Shown here piece after piece: positions 22,071 to 33,180 of a DNA stretch of 64,000 nucleotides (positions within the stretch are counted from its first letter, which is position 1; every line of letters begins with the position of its first letter). Where the stretch lies: contig OZ025709.1 of the NCBI GenBank assembly GCA_964019335.1, positions 434,001 through 498,000 of the forward strand, read 5' to 3'. Under the pieces are notes generated by a model. The model ran no database searches, had not been told where the DNA came from, and saw only the letters and a program-made list of their open reading frames with translations. The DNA comes from Diplonema japonicum (Eukaryota; Protista; Euglenozoa: Diplonemea). Position numbers and translations under genes: made by a program.

Positions 22071-23196
22071 TGTTTCTCAGCGCCAGGGTGTTTTTAAATA
22101 TATTGGAGTGGGTATGGGGGCTTTTTTCTTTCACTCTTTCAATTCGCTTTCCCACCAATGGAATCAAGTTAATTTTTTATTCCCTGTACTATTATTTTAC
22201 ATTTAAAGAAGCGCATTCAGTTTGAAAAAAAAAGGGGGGGGGGTTGCAAGTTCCTTTGGAAAATATTAGCGAAACATAACAAAGGGGTAAAACCAAAACG
22301 GATTGTATTTTTTTTTTAAAAAATAAACTTCTTTTTTTTTTTTTTTTTGGCTGGCCAAGCCCTCTCCTTTCTTTTTCTCCCTCCCTGGCCTCGGGTAGGG
22401 GTTGGGGTGGGTGGGGCCCAGGTGGGTGAAAATGAAGAGTGAAAAAAGGGTACACAAGTCTATCCTGGCTTGCTTTTCTTTTACGGACGCTTTGCTCACT
22501 TTTGGGTAGGGAGGTGAGCAACTCATATCTACAAGTTTTGCCCTGGGTTACGTTTTTTCTTTTTTTTCTTTTTTCTTCTTTTTTCTTTCTGGGGGTGCGG
22601 TTGTTGGCATAACGTGGGTATAATCACTTGTTCCTTTCTTTTTCTTTTTTTTCTCTTCGTGGCGCTCTTCTTACTTCACACTTGTTCTCTTTTCTTCCTT
22701 TTTTTTCTTTTTCTGAGGGTAAACGTGTTGGGTTGTTTGGGTTCACGGGATTAGATAAGGCTGCTGCTCACAAACTTTCTTTTTCTTCCTCTTTCTTCTT
22801 TTCATGGCGCTCTTCTTATCTTTATTAATCTTACACTTGTTCTCTTTTTTTTCTTTTCCTTTTTCTTTTTTCTTTTCTTATTTTTTTTTTTTTTTTTCAT
22901 TTGTCCTGCTCATCCCATTAAATATCTCAATTCTCACACTATTTCCTTTCTTTTTATTTTTCGCTCCCGTTTTTTTTTTTCCTTTTTTTTTTTACTATTC
23001 TATTTACTTCTACTGCTGGTCCTGTGCGATCATCACTTCGATTGAACTGAAGAGGTCTGCGGTCTGCTGTGGTTTTTCGAGGAGTGCCTCTGCAAGGCCT
23101 TTGGCTCCACGTATCAGGAACTCATTTTTGAAAATATGGAAAGAAACGTAAAGAAGAAAAAACTATGTTCTTACGTTTTTCGTGGTGTGTGGGTTA

Positions 23197-23318
23197 GATA
23201 GAGCACAGACCCGGTTTCGTCCCTTACAACGACCCCTGGGTACGTGGGACTTATCAGCTGTGTCGCACCCTTTGCGGTCCGCCTGTGGCCAACAGGTGGA
23301 GGGCCAGTGTGCTCTATC
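23197..23318 (-). ncRNA. Hammerhead-ribozyme-like structured element with a non-canonical core
   Basis: Minus strand: GATAGAGCACA-CTG..CTGATAA-GTCCC..GGGAC-GAAAC-CGG-GTC-TGTGCTCTATC. This gives an 11-bp stem I, a 5-bp stem II and a GUC site. Confidence 0.5.
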
Positions 23319-23584
23319 GCGTCGGGTTGGGTTGGGGGGGCTGGCGGAAGGATGGAGGTGCTGCTGCGTTCGTTGTCATGGAAGGTGTGTGGGTGCCTGA
23401 CAAGAAGCAATCACCAATGGAATAAATATTTGTTAGTGATCATCCCTCGTCGTCGGTGGGTCCTCTTACCCACTACCTGTAAACGCAAGGTCTGGGCCAA
23501 AGCTTGGTTGGTAGGCTATTATGCGCTGCAATGCGGTTTCGTCCCTCTCCACCGGATGGAAGCATGAAAGATTGGTCATTGCAT

Positions 23585-24634
23585 TCAAGGATCACCAATG
23601 GAAGAAAGATTGGTCATCGCATTCAAGTCGACGGTTTCTAGTTTTTCGCACCTTGCCAAGAAGCAATGACCAATGGAAGAAAGATTGGTCATCGCATTCA
23701 AGTTGATGGTTTCTAGGTTTTCGCACCCATGCAAGAAGTAATGACCAATGGAAGAAAGATTGGTCATCGCATTCAAGTTGATGGTTTCTAGTTTTCTGCA
23801 CCCATGCAAGAAGCTATGACCAATGGAAGAAAGATTGGTCATCGCATTCAAGTTGATGGTTTCTAGGTTTTTGCACCCATCCAAGAAGTAATTACCAATG
23901 GAAGAAAGATTGGTCATCGCATTCAAGTCGACGGTTTCTAGTTTTTCGCACCTTGCCAAGAAGCGATCACCAATGGAAGAAAGATTGGTCATCGCATTCA
24001 AGTTGATGGTTTTTAGTTTTTCGCACCTATCCAAGAAGCAATCACCAATGGAAGAAAGATTGGTCATCGCATTCAAGTTGATGGTTTCTAGGTTTTTGCA
24101 CTCATCTAAAAAAAAATCATCAATGGTGGAAACATTGGGGAGGATGAGATCAACAGACGTCAGGTGGTCGCACCCTTGAAGAAACCCAGCGTCTATTCTT
24201 GCAACACAGCCTGTGGAGTCGGTGACAACGAGTAACCGAAGTCCAGAAGGAAGGCGTGTCCTGCTCGTGGACAAGACTTCGACAGCTGGAGAGTCCCCCA
24301 CCTCCACCACCAGAACCAGCTCAGGGTCAGCTGACACAAGCCCCTCAAGCTCCGAAACCACATCTGAGCTCTTAAGCTCCTCCAGCTGAACGGTTCTCAT
24401 CTTCGCCTCCACATGGACCACGCTGCCCTCCACGAGCCCAAGTTCCTGAACTTCCTCACCCCCGTTCTTGTCCAGGACCTCTCCCTCCCAAACCAGTTTG
24501 AACTTGCCCTCGAGTAAACCAGCAGCACACCCCGCCTTCTTGTACAGGATCCCAATTGTCTCCTTCCCTGACACTTCCACATCGTGGACCCCACCTCTCG
24601 TCTTCACGAACACTGTCATTCTCTTTCCATTCAT
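23585..24634 (-). CDS. Ubiquitin-like domain + BspA/TpLRR-type leucine-rich repeat protein; 3' end truncated by a deletion
   Basis: N-terminal MTVFVKT..FKLVWEGEVL..LGLVEGSVVHV (Ubl fold), then 25-aa repeats LETINLNAMTNLSSIGxxFLxxC. Confidence 0.8.
   Translation of the reverse strand: MNGKRMTVFVKTRGGVHDVEVSGKETIGILYKKAGCAAGLLEGKFKLVWEGEVLDKNGGEEVQELGLVEGSVVHVEAKMRTVQLEELKSSDVVSELEGLVSADPELVLVVEVGDSPAVEVLSTSRTRLPSGLRLLVVTDSTGCVARIDAGFLQGCDHLTSVDLILPNVSTIDDFFLDECKNLETINLNAMTNLSSIGDCFLDRCEKLKTINLNAMTNLSSIGDRFLARCEKLETVDLNAMTNLSSIGNYFLDGCKNLETINLNAMTNLSSIGHSFLHGCRKLETINLNAMTNLSSIGHYFLHGCENLETINLNAMTNLSSIGHCFLARCEKLETVDLNAMTNLSSIGDP
23590..24130 (-). repeat. 75-bp tandem coding repeat, about 7 units (LRR)
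   Basis: ccaatggaagaaagattggtcatcgcattcaagt recurs every 75 bp. Confidence 0.95.
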
Positions 24635-24744
24635 GTTCTTTTAGTATTGTTCTTTTTTCTGTTCTTCTTTTTTTTCGTTTTTTCTAATGTATTTTCCCTG
24701 TGTGTTTGTCTCAGAGGCTGCAGAAGTCAAATGAAGAAGAATAT

Positions 24745-25030
24745 ATGAGTTAAACTTCAAGGAGGCCGGTGTTGGCGGCGCCCTGCACAAGAACTGTCTA
24801 CTTGATTACAGGGGGTGCGCCGCGGCCGAGTTGTAGCTTCTTCTGCGTCCCGCGTCGTGTCCTTAATGTGTGCGGTGTACAGCTCAACCCCAGCCGGTGC
24901 ATCCTGGGTAACCAAGATTCTGCGCTTGTGCAGTTTGCTGCCTGTTTGTCACCCTGAGCATCTGCATTATGTTCTTCCACTCGGGCGCTACTGGTGATGA
25001 CCGACGCGGAGGTCAACAGCGAACAACAGC
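24745..25030 (-). repeat. Longest copy of a dispersed repeat family (core attaaggacacgacgcggRacgcagaagaagctacaac)
   Basis: Fragments recur at ~28610-29220, 31490-31690, 31990-32590, 32968-33180, 39932-39965, 43110-43185 and 60360-60435. Confidence 0.8.
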
Positions 25031-25141
25031 CCTCAAACTACAAGCAGAGGATCAAGAGGAGAAAAAGTGGGGGGAGTGGATGGACAGGCTGGAAAACTTC
25101 TCTGGAGTCCTAGAACAGAGGCAGTGTTGTTACGAGAATGG

Positions 25142-26221
25142 GTTGCCCCCCCCCGAGATTTTCGGGGGGGGCATGGGGGGGGGGGGCAAATCCAGGGGGG
25201 CGGGGGGGTGGGGGGGGGCAAAAAAATTTTTTTTCAACCCCAATATTGCCAGCCATGCCCCATTCCACCCAAGGTAGGCTATCAGGTAGTCTTTTCTGAC
25301 AGATTTTCTGGTTCTATTGGGGTGTCTTGTTGGGTTAGGTTATTTTTTAAAACAACCTGCCAATAAAGTACAGTAAAAACAGGGGGGGGGGGGGGGTAAA
25401 TACAAAGAATGAGAAAGGTAAGTTATAAAGGAAAGAAAAATGACAGATGGACCATTACTAGGCCAAGTACAGGTGCCCTTAGTGAAAAAAATCTTATTTT
25501 CTGAGGTAAAATATCACTTTTCAGGTGTTTTTGACAATTTTTTTTGTGAGGAAAAAAATTCTTTGGGCACTTTTTTTTTGACCCATGACCATCTCACTTT
25601 CACTATTAGCCTCATTAAGGTCTAGAATAGGTATTTTTGAGGGGAAAAAAAATTTTTTTTGAGAAAAAATCAATTTAAGGGTGTTTTTGGCCACTTTTTT
25701 TGGGAGGAAAAACAATTTTTTTGGACACTATTTTTTTTTTTTTTCCAGCACCCCATGCACCCAATAAAGTACAGTAAAAAAAAGGGGGGGTAAATACAAA
25801 GAATGAGAAGGGTAAGTCATAAAGGAGAGAAAACCAACAGATGGACCATTACTAGGCCTGATATAGGTACCCTTTTAGAAAAAAATCAATTTTTCTGAGG
25901 TAAAAAACCACTTTTCAGGTGTTTTTGACCACTTGTTCATGTGAAAAATAATTTTTTTTGGGCACCTTTTTTTTTGACCCCCAAACTTCTCTTTCACCCC
26001 ACTTCACTAAAAGCCTCTATTAAGGCCTAGGATAGGTACTTTTGAAAAAAAAAAAAAATTTTTTTTGGAAAAAAAATCAATTTTTGGGTGTCTTTGACAA
26101 CTTTTTTTGGGTGGAAAAAAATTTTTTTGGACACTATAAAAAAAATTTTTTTGCCCCCCCACCCCCCCCACCCCCCTGGATTTGCCCCCCCATGCCCCCC
26201 TGAAAATCTCGGGGGGGCAAC
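25142..26221. mobile_element. Non-autonomous TIR element (MITE-like) with ~90-bp G/C-tract TIRs and two internal ~400-bp direct repeats
   Basis: GTTGCCCCCCCCGAGATTTTC..GGCAAATCCAGG at left is mirrored by CCTGGATTTGCC..GAAAATCTCGGGGGGGCAAC at right. Internal units start at 25361 and 25762. Confidence 0.8.
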
Positions 26222-26480
26222 CAGTGTTGGTCCAGACCCTTGAGGGACTCAGGGGACTCCAAGGGACAGGACAGGAGTCCCCTGAAATTTTCAGGGGTCT
26301 GGAGGGGACTCAGGGGACTCTTGGGACCAAAAAATTTCTTTGTGTTTTTTGTGTCACAAAGACCCAAATTTAGGCTGGGGCTTGCATTTTTTTGGTACTT
26401 TTGGTTTCAAAAGTTCAAAAAAAGAGGTCCTAGGTTTGGGTGGGATCTTAGGCAAGGCTCATACTACCTTGTTGTGACTA

Positions 26481-26517
<37 letters not shown>

Positions 26518-27129
26518 CCTGGCATGTATTCCTTATCATGACAAAAGTACAACACAAATTATGTAAAAAAAAAAAAAAGAAGAAGAAAAAATCTAACTTT
26601 CAGTTATGAAAGGGCAGCCCTTCTGGGAGTTTTTTTTAGAAATTTCGACACAGAAAATATTTTATACACTGTATGGTACAATATAAAACAACACTTTGGT
26701 GTGTTGTGTTGTGTTGTGTTGTGTTACTTCAACACATTTTTTGTGTCAAGTGTATGAAATGTGAACAGAAAACACATCATGTTGCTTCACATTGTGTTGC
26801 ATTGCTGTCAGAGTCAATGTGTATTTATACAGTATTTAGCCTTTGTTTATCATTTTCTTTGTATTATTTTTTACAATTAACAGATAAAATGATTGTGGTA
26901 CTTGTTCTGCTTCTGTTCTTCGTTCCCGACACCGAAGCTGTGCCAAGTAGCAAAGAAGGTGAAAGGGGTGCAGAGGGTGCAGAGGATAAGCACCAGAAAC
27001 ATGACTGCCAACTCAACATGGCATGGCATGGGCTATGTTCAGGTAAATCTGAACTAGAGGAGGAGGAAGAAGAGGAGGAAATCAATACAAAAATGAAGAG
27101 AAAAGTTTAAACATTTGAAAAAAAAAAAA

Positions 27130-28440
27130 AAAAAAAAAAAAAAAATAAAGAAGTGCAAAAGAGAAAGTTCAAGTACAAGTAGCAGCAGTGGCAGCATTGA
27201 TGGACGCATCTTAACGCAAAAGGCATCAACTGTGTTCTCACAGAAATATGTGAAAACACAAGACCTTACCCAGACTGGCAACAAGAATGGCCTCAGCCAT
27301 GATGAAATGTTGCATTTCATGATGGGGAAAGGAGAAGGCACAACCTTCAGAGCCCACTTCTGGGGCACTGGAGGGGAGTGACACAAGAAACCAACACAGG
27401 ACGACATGGTTTCCGTCTGGGATGGGAAGATTGTTGGCATCTTGCCAGGTGTTGCTGTTTTGTGTGAGTATGCACAGGATCCTGGGTACCTGCACTACTT
27501 CCCCCCAAATGTGGAAGATGAACAGGTTTATTGTCTTGAGGCCATGAAGATGATAAACCACAACCCATACCAGCTTTGTGATACCATGGCAAAACTTGGT
27601 CTTGCAAAAGCACGAATCACAGAGCTACAAACACCATCAAAGTTCTGAAGGCTGAAGCCTTACAACCTAAGGCAACACACACCTTGTCCAGAAATGCACT
27701 AGTCATGTTGGAAGCACCTGCCAAGGAATGTTCTACAACACCCAAGACATCCATCTGGGACAACAAGACATGGTCTGTTGGTGATGCACATGGTATCAAC
27801 CCTTCTCAGGAGTACTACTTTGGCAAGATAGTGACAAAGGAAAAGGATGGCACAGTCATGGAGAAGCAGCAGTGTCTTGCTCCTGAGTGTGTTGAACGTG
27901 CGGTGACCATCTGGTTCACTGTCACAGGGTTTGCCTCATTCTCAAGGCTCAAATCTCACAGCAAAGAGATGTGTTGTCCAAGAGATGCAAGCCCTGAGTA
28001 TGGTGGATCGTGTGTCCATTTTTCCTTTGCCTGTATTGCCTGCTGTTTGTTTTGTGTGATCAAAGTTCTTTCACAGCTTTTTCAATGCAGGCAAATTGAA
28101 AGGAATCAACAGGAAACACGTGCAAAGCCGTGTTGTTGAACTTGGACAGGAGACATACGCTGCTGTCCTAAACAGGCTCAAAGGGCAGAATGTGTACCTC
28201 CTTGTTGATGGGGCCACAATAAACCGTTGAAGCATCCTTGGCATTAGTATGTCAGATGGGAAGAACAGCTACTTTTGCAAGATAATAGACCTTACAAAAG
28301 TGAGTGCCACTGCTGTCATTTCATCCCACATCCATGAAATGATACTGGAACTTCAGAGCCATGTTGTACATGTATTTTCAGTATGTGCTGATAATGCTAG
28401 TGCAAGCAGCACTTGCAAAGATACATCAAGACTTTGAAGT
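27130..28440 (+). pseudogene. hAT transposase pseudogene
   Basis: BED remnant CLAPEC, then LKGQNVYLLVDGATINR*..VFSVCADNASA (first two catalytic Asp motifs of hAT/DUF659 type); several stops and frameshifts. Confidence 0.75.
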
Positions 28441-30156
28441 GGAACTCAACCTTTCACTTGATGACACTGAGGATGTTAGCATGATGATGATGCTTCAGGT
28501 GTCACTGACCTTGACTCCAACTCTGAAACCGACAGCAACTCCAACAACACTGAGCTCTCTGCCAGAATGGACCAGCTTTTGAACGATACAACTACAATAC
28601 AAAAAATTCCACATGCAGAATGCAGAAGAAGCTACAACCCAGCTGTGGTGCACCCCCTGTAATCAAGTAGACAATTCTTGTGCAGGGCACTGCCAACACC
28701 AGCCTCCTTTAACTCTTGTATATTATTCCAAAGGTGGTGGGGATAACATGAAAAAACATCAGATGTGTTTCACTGTTGACCTCCTCATTGGTCATCACTG
28801 AGCAAACCACATGAGTGCAGCTCTTGGTTATCTGGGGTTGAGCTGACCACATGCATTAAGGACACAACATGGAATGCAGAAGAAGCTACAACCCGCAGTG
28901 CCACATGTATTAAGGACATGACATGGAATGCAGAAGTGGCCAAGGGTGCACCCCCTGTCACTGGTGTCTCCTTTACTTCTTTCATGTTATTTGGTGGTGG
29001 GGATTACACAGAAATATGGAAATATAAGAAGTACATCAGATGTGTTGTTCACTGTTGACCTCCATGCTGGTCATCGCCAGTAGTGCCTGAGTGGAGGAAT
29101 GTATTGCAGATGCTCAGGGTGATGAACTGGCAGCAAATTATGCACACCCAGAATCTTGGTTACCAGGGGTGCCATGGCTGGTGTTGAGCTGCACACTGCA
29201 CACATTAAGGACACGACACGGAATATTGTGCTGTCAGTGTTGTGGTGATATAGTCACCACTTTCAACCTTGATGATGCAAAGAGGAAAAAAGGGGGGAAA
29301 GAAAAAAAAAATTAGGTAAGGAATTCCCTGTTCTGCCAAGTTCCACCAGTTCCACCATGTTCCACCAGTTCCACTAGTTCCACTAGTTCCACCATGTTCC
29401 ACTGGTTCCACCACGTTCCACCATGTTCTGCCAGTTCTGCCATGTTCCACCAGTTCTACCAGTTCCACTTTCAACCTTGATGATGCAAAGAGGGAAAAAA
29501 AAAAAAAAAAAATGAAAAAAAAAGGGCAAAAAAAAAAAAATAGGTAAGGAATTCCCTGTTCCACCAAGTTCCAGTTCTGCCATTCTGCCAAGTTCCAACT
29601 TTTCAGTTTGGTGGAAGGGAACAGAATGACTTATCCCTGTCTGGACCAACACTGCTCTCAGGAGTAGGAAGTATTCAGTCATCATCACTGCTTGTTTCAT
29701 AGTCTCCATTCTGTTCAGGCAGTCAACAAACCAGGGCATGTGGGCCAAGGATCTTCCAATGCAAACGTGATCAGTGATCAGTGTAATTCCCACAAGTACC
29801 TTCCAAGCAGAAATAACTTCTGCCCCAAAGGCAACATTGCTTTCAAATGACTATGCCATTCCATTCAGACTGTATGTTGCCCTGTGGTGGATGGCATAGA
29901 TGCACATCTATCTCTTCAACTATAAACTCCCCTATAGAACCCTCTTTGACCTTCTCATCATCTCCACCTGTTTGTATTTGGTGATTATGGCCAAAGTGCA
30001 GAGGACAGGACTGTATGCTTACTGACTAACAATCTTACATGTTAAGAGCTGTCCTTCCCTCAAAACTGCACTTTTCTCAACTAGACTCCCACAAGCTTAT
30101 GAAAAGCTTTCATGGAAATACTGGTTTAGGCTGCTGTTTCTCCCCTGGGTGAGCCT

Positions 30157-30236
30157 AAAAAAAATCCACTGGAGTGGGGTTTGAACCCACTTTGCCTAGG
30201 TACAGGGCAAAGCCCCCCCAACTAGACTACTATGCC
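30157..30236 (-). other. tRNA-derived Pol III-type cassette (SINE head or decayed tRNA)
   Basis: A-box-like TAGTCTAGTTGG, hairpin CTTTGCC/GGCAAAG, T-arm GTGGG-TTCAAAC-CCCAC, T8 terminator; no acceptor stem. Confidence 0.55.
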
Positions 30237-31132
30237 TTCGAAAATATTTTCGGCTGAACTACTGGTCAGGAAAGATGCTGGCTTCTGATTGAACCCTGTA
30301 AACCATGTTTTTCAAAGGGAAAAGTGCCCAGTTGCAAAAGTTTGGCAAAAATGGCCAAAACCCAAAATGGTGACTTCCAAGGTCATTTTGGTTGGCCCCC
30401 AATATTTTTTTTTTGGAAAATCTTTTTTGGAATTTCCTTGGAACTCACTGTTCTTTCATGTTTGCCATATGGATTTTTTGAAAAAAAAAAATTCAATGAA
30501 CCTTTGGGCATTTTTGGCATTTTTTCCCCTATAACCCCTTTGGGACATAGGGTGGGTCACTTATCCTTTTTTTTTTTTTTTTTTTTGTATATTGTGCACC
30601 AGGAGGTGCACATTGTGACACCTGCTTTTCCCTGTGCAGCATAGTGGTACATGTTATAAAACACGTGCTGTGTTGTGCACCCTGTGTTGCATACATCATG
30701 TGGAACATCAGGTATGTGAAATATGGTGTAAAATATGTCACAGCACACCACATGGTGTGGTCGAAAATTTGTGGTGTTGGGGTGGTTTGTGGGCCAGACC
30801 CTCAGACCCCAGTCTGGCCAACACTGCCCATCCCCCTTTTTTTTTTTTTTTTTTTTTTTGCATTGTACTTTTCTTGCAAAGGCCTCTTTTTAATATTTTT
30901 TTCAAAGCAGGTCTCCAAACCCCCTGACATTTTTTTAAATTTTTTTTTTTTTTTAACATAGTCACAACAAGGTAGTATGAGCCTTGCCTCACATCCCACC
31001 CAAACCTAGGACCTCTTTTTTTGAACTTTTGAAACCAAAAGTACCAAAAAAATGCAAGCCCCAGCCTAAATTTGGGCCTTTGTGACACAAAAAACACAAA
31101 GAAATTTTTTGGTCCCAAGAGTCCCCTCCAGA

Positions 31133-32865
31133 CAGTGATGGGTGAATCCGGTCCGGTCCGGTGTACCCATTTTACCAGACTGACCAGACTGACCGGATCG
31201 GCTGGACTGAGTCTGGACTGAGGCACTGACCAGACTGACCAGACTCAAAAATTTTCTGCAATTTTTGACACACCTGCAAACACTTTTTTTTCAAATATTT
31301 TTGGACAATGATTTTTTTTTTTTTTTTTTGCCTTTTTTTTTTTTTCTTTTTCTTCTTCTTCATACCACAGACATGCACAGCTCCATCAAGCCATTTGCAC
31401 CTATCTACTCTGGTGCACTGCAGCTGCAGGTATGTACAAATGTCCGGAAATGTTGTATTTGGATGTAATACAACCCGGCTGTGGTGATCGATGCGGAACA
31501 CAGAAGAAGCTACAACCCGGCCGTGGTGAGAGATATATGAGTTAAAGGACCTGCACAAGACTACTTGATTACAGGGGGTACACCACAGCCGAGTTGTAGC
31601 TTCTTCTGCGTTCCGTGTCGTGTCCTTAATGTGTGTGGTGTTCAGCTCAACCCCAGCCGGGGCGTCCTGGGTAACCAAGATTCTGCTTGTGCAGGATTGG
31701 GTCGTTCCATTCCCTTCCGCCAAACTGAAAGTCGGAACTTGGCAGAATGGCAGAACCGGAACTTGGTGGAACAGGGAATTCCTTACTTTTTTTTTTTGTT
31801 TTAACAATATTATTGTCGAGACTAAAAACTAGTTGATGGCAGCATAATGAGCTATTTTATTAGGTAAAATTCCGCTCGTGCACACAAACAAATGGAGTGT
31901 CAAACTAGTTTCCCCCCCCCTTTTTTTTTCCTCTTTGCATCATCAAGGTTGAAAGTGGTGACTATATCACCACAACACTGACAGCACAATATTCCGTGTC
32001 GTGTCCTTAATGTGTGCAGTGTGCAGCTCAACACCAGCCATAGCCCTGGTAACTAAGATTCTGGGCCTGTGTAGTTTGCTGCCAGTTCATCACCCTGAGC
32101 ATCTGCAATACGTTCCTCCACTCAGGCACAACCGGTGATGACCAACATGGAGGTCAACAGCGAACAACACATCTGATGTACTTCTTTATATTTCCATATT
32201 TCTTTGATCCCCACCACCAAATAACATGAAAGAGGTAAAGGAGACCAGTGACAGGGGGTGCACCTTGGCCGCTTCTGCGTTCCGTGTCGTGTCCTTAATG
32301 CATGCGGTGTGCAGCTCAACCCCAGCTGGTGCCCTAAGTAGTTTACTCACCCTGAGCATCTGCAATTTGTTCTTCCACTCAGGGTGCTACAGGTGATGAC
32401 CGGCCAAGTGGATGGAGGAAATGCCTGTTCGTCGTGTTGGCGGTGCCTGCACAAGAACTGTTAACTTGATACAGGGGGGCACTGCAGCTTAGTTGTAGCT
32501 TCTTCTGTGTTCTGTGTTGTGTTCTTAATGTGTGCAGTGTGCAGCTTAACCCCAGCCGTAGCAACCCGGGGTAACCAAGATTCTGCGGCAAAAAAAAAGG
32601 GGGGGATGTGGTGTTGTGGTTGTATCTTGTCCGGTCCGGTTCAGTCCAGTCCGGTCCAGTCCGGTCCGGTCCAGTCCAGTCCGGTCCGGTCCAGTCCGGT
32701 CCAGTCTGGTCCGGTCCGGTCCAGTCCGGTCCAGTCTGGTCCGGTCCGGTCCGGTCCAGTCCGGTCAGTCCGGTCAGTCCGGCATAATTGGGTCGAAATT
32801 CACGCCGGATCCGGTCCGGTCCGGTCCAGTCCGGTCTAGTCCTAATTAGGATTCACCCATCACTG
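31133..32865. mobile_element. Nested non-autonomous hAT-like element, 17-bp TIR CAGTGATGGGTGAATCC, flanked by a CTCCAGA direct repeat
   Basis: Perfect TIRs; CTCCAGA at 31126-31132 and 32866-32872; subterminal CCGGT arrays; interrupts the right end of the outer element. Confidence 0.85.
32630..32840. repeat. (CCGGT)n pentamer array with CCAGT/CTGGT variants
   Basis: Seen directly; the variants are the expected CpG deamination products. Confidence 0.9.
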
Positions 32866-32967
32866 CTCCAGACCCCTGAGTCCCCTGAGTCCCCTCCAGA
32901 TCCCTGAATATTTCAGGGGACTCCTGTCCTGTCCCCTGAGTCCCTCAAGGGTCTGGACCAACACTGC

Positions 32968-33180
32968 ATTAAGGACACAACACGGAACACAGAAGAAGCT
33001 ACAACCCAGCTGCGGTGTGCCCCCTGTATTACGATGTGGAACGCAGAAGAAGCTACAATTCGGCCGCAGTGATTAAGGAAGTGACACGGAATACAAGAAG
33101 CTACAACTCGGCTGCGGTGATTAAGGACACGACACGGAACGCAGAAGAAGCTATAACCCGGCTGCAGTGATTAAGGAAAT
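32968..33180 (+). repeat. Tandem array of about four ~50-bp units of the dispersed repeat core
   Basis: attaagga..cggaa..agaagctacaa..ggc.gc.gtg repeated head to tail. Confidence 0.8.

Larger units (their letters stand above)
26222..32966. mobile_element. Composite hAT-like element with ~260-bp inverted ends beginning CAGTGTTGGTCCAGACCCTTGAGGGAC
   Basis: 26222-26485 is the inverse of 30955-31132 + 32866-32966; it encloses a hAT transposase relic. No TSD seen. Confidence 0.75.

Noticed and set aside
22200-23030. Phe/Lys-rich ORFs in intergenic DNA
   Set aside because: Products of poly(T)/poly(A) tracts.
23590-24130. CRISPR-like array (constant blocks alternating with variable ones)
   Set aside because: The variable parts are homologous codons of an in-frame LRR, not unique spacers; no cas genes.
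30157-30236. Functional tRNA
   Set aside because: No acceptor stem and no proper D arm or anticodon loop.
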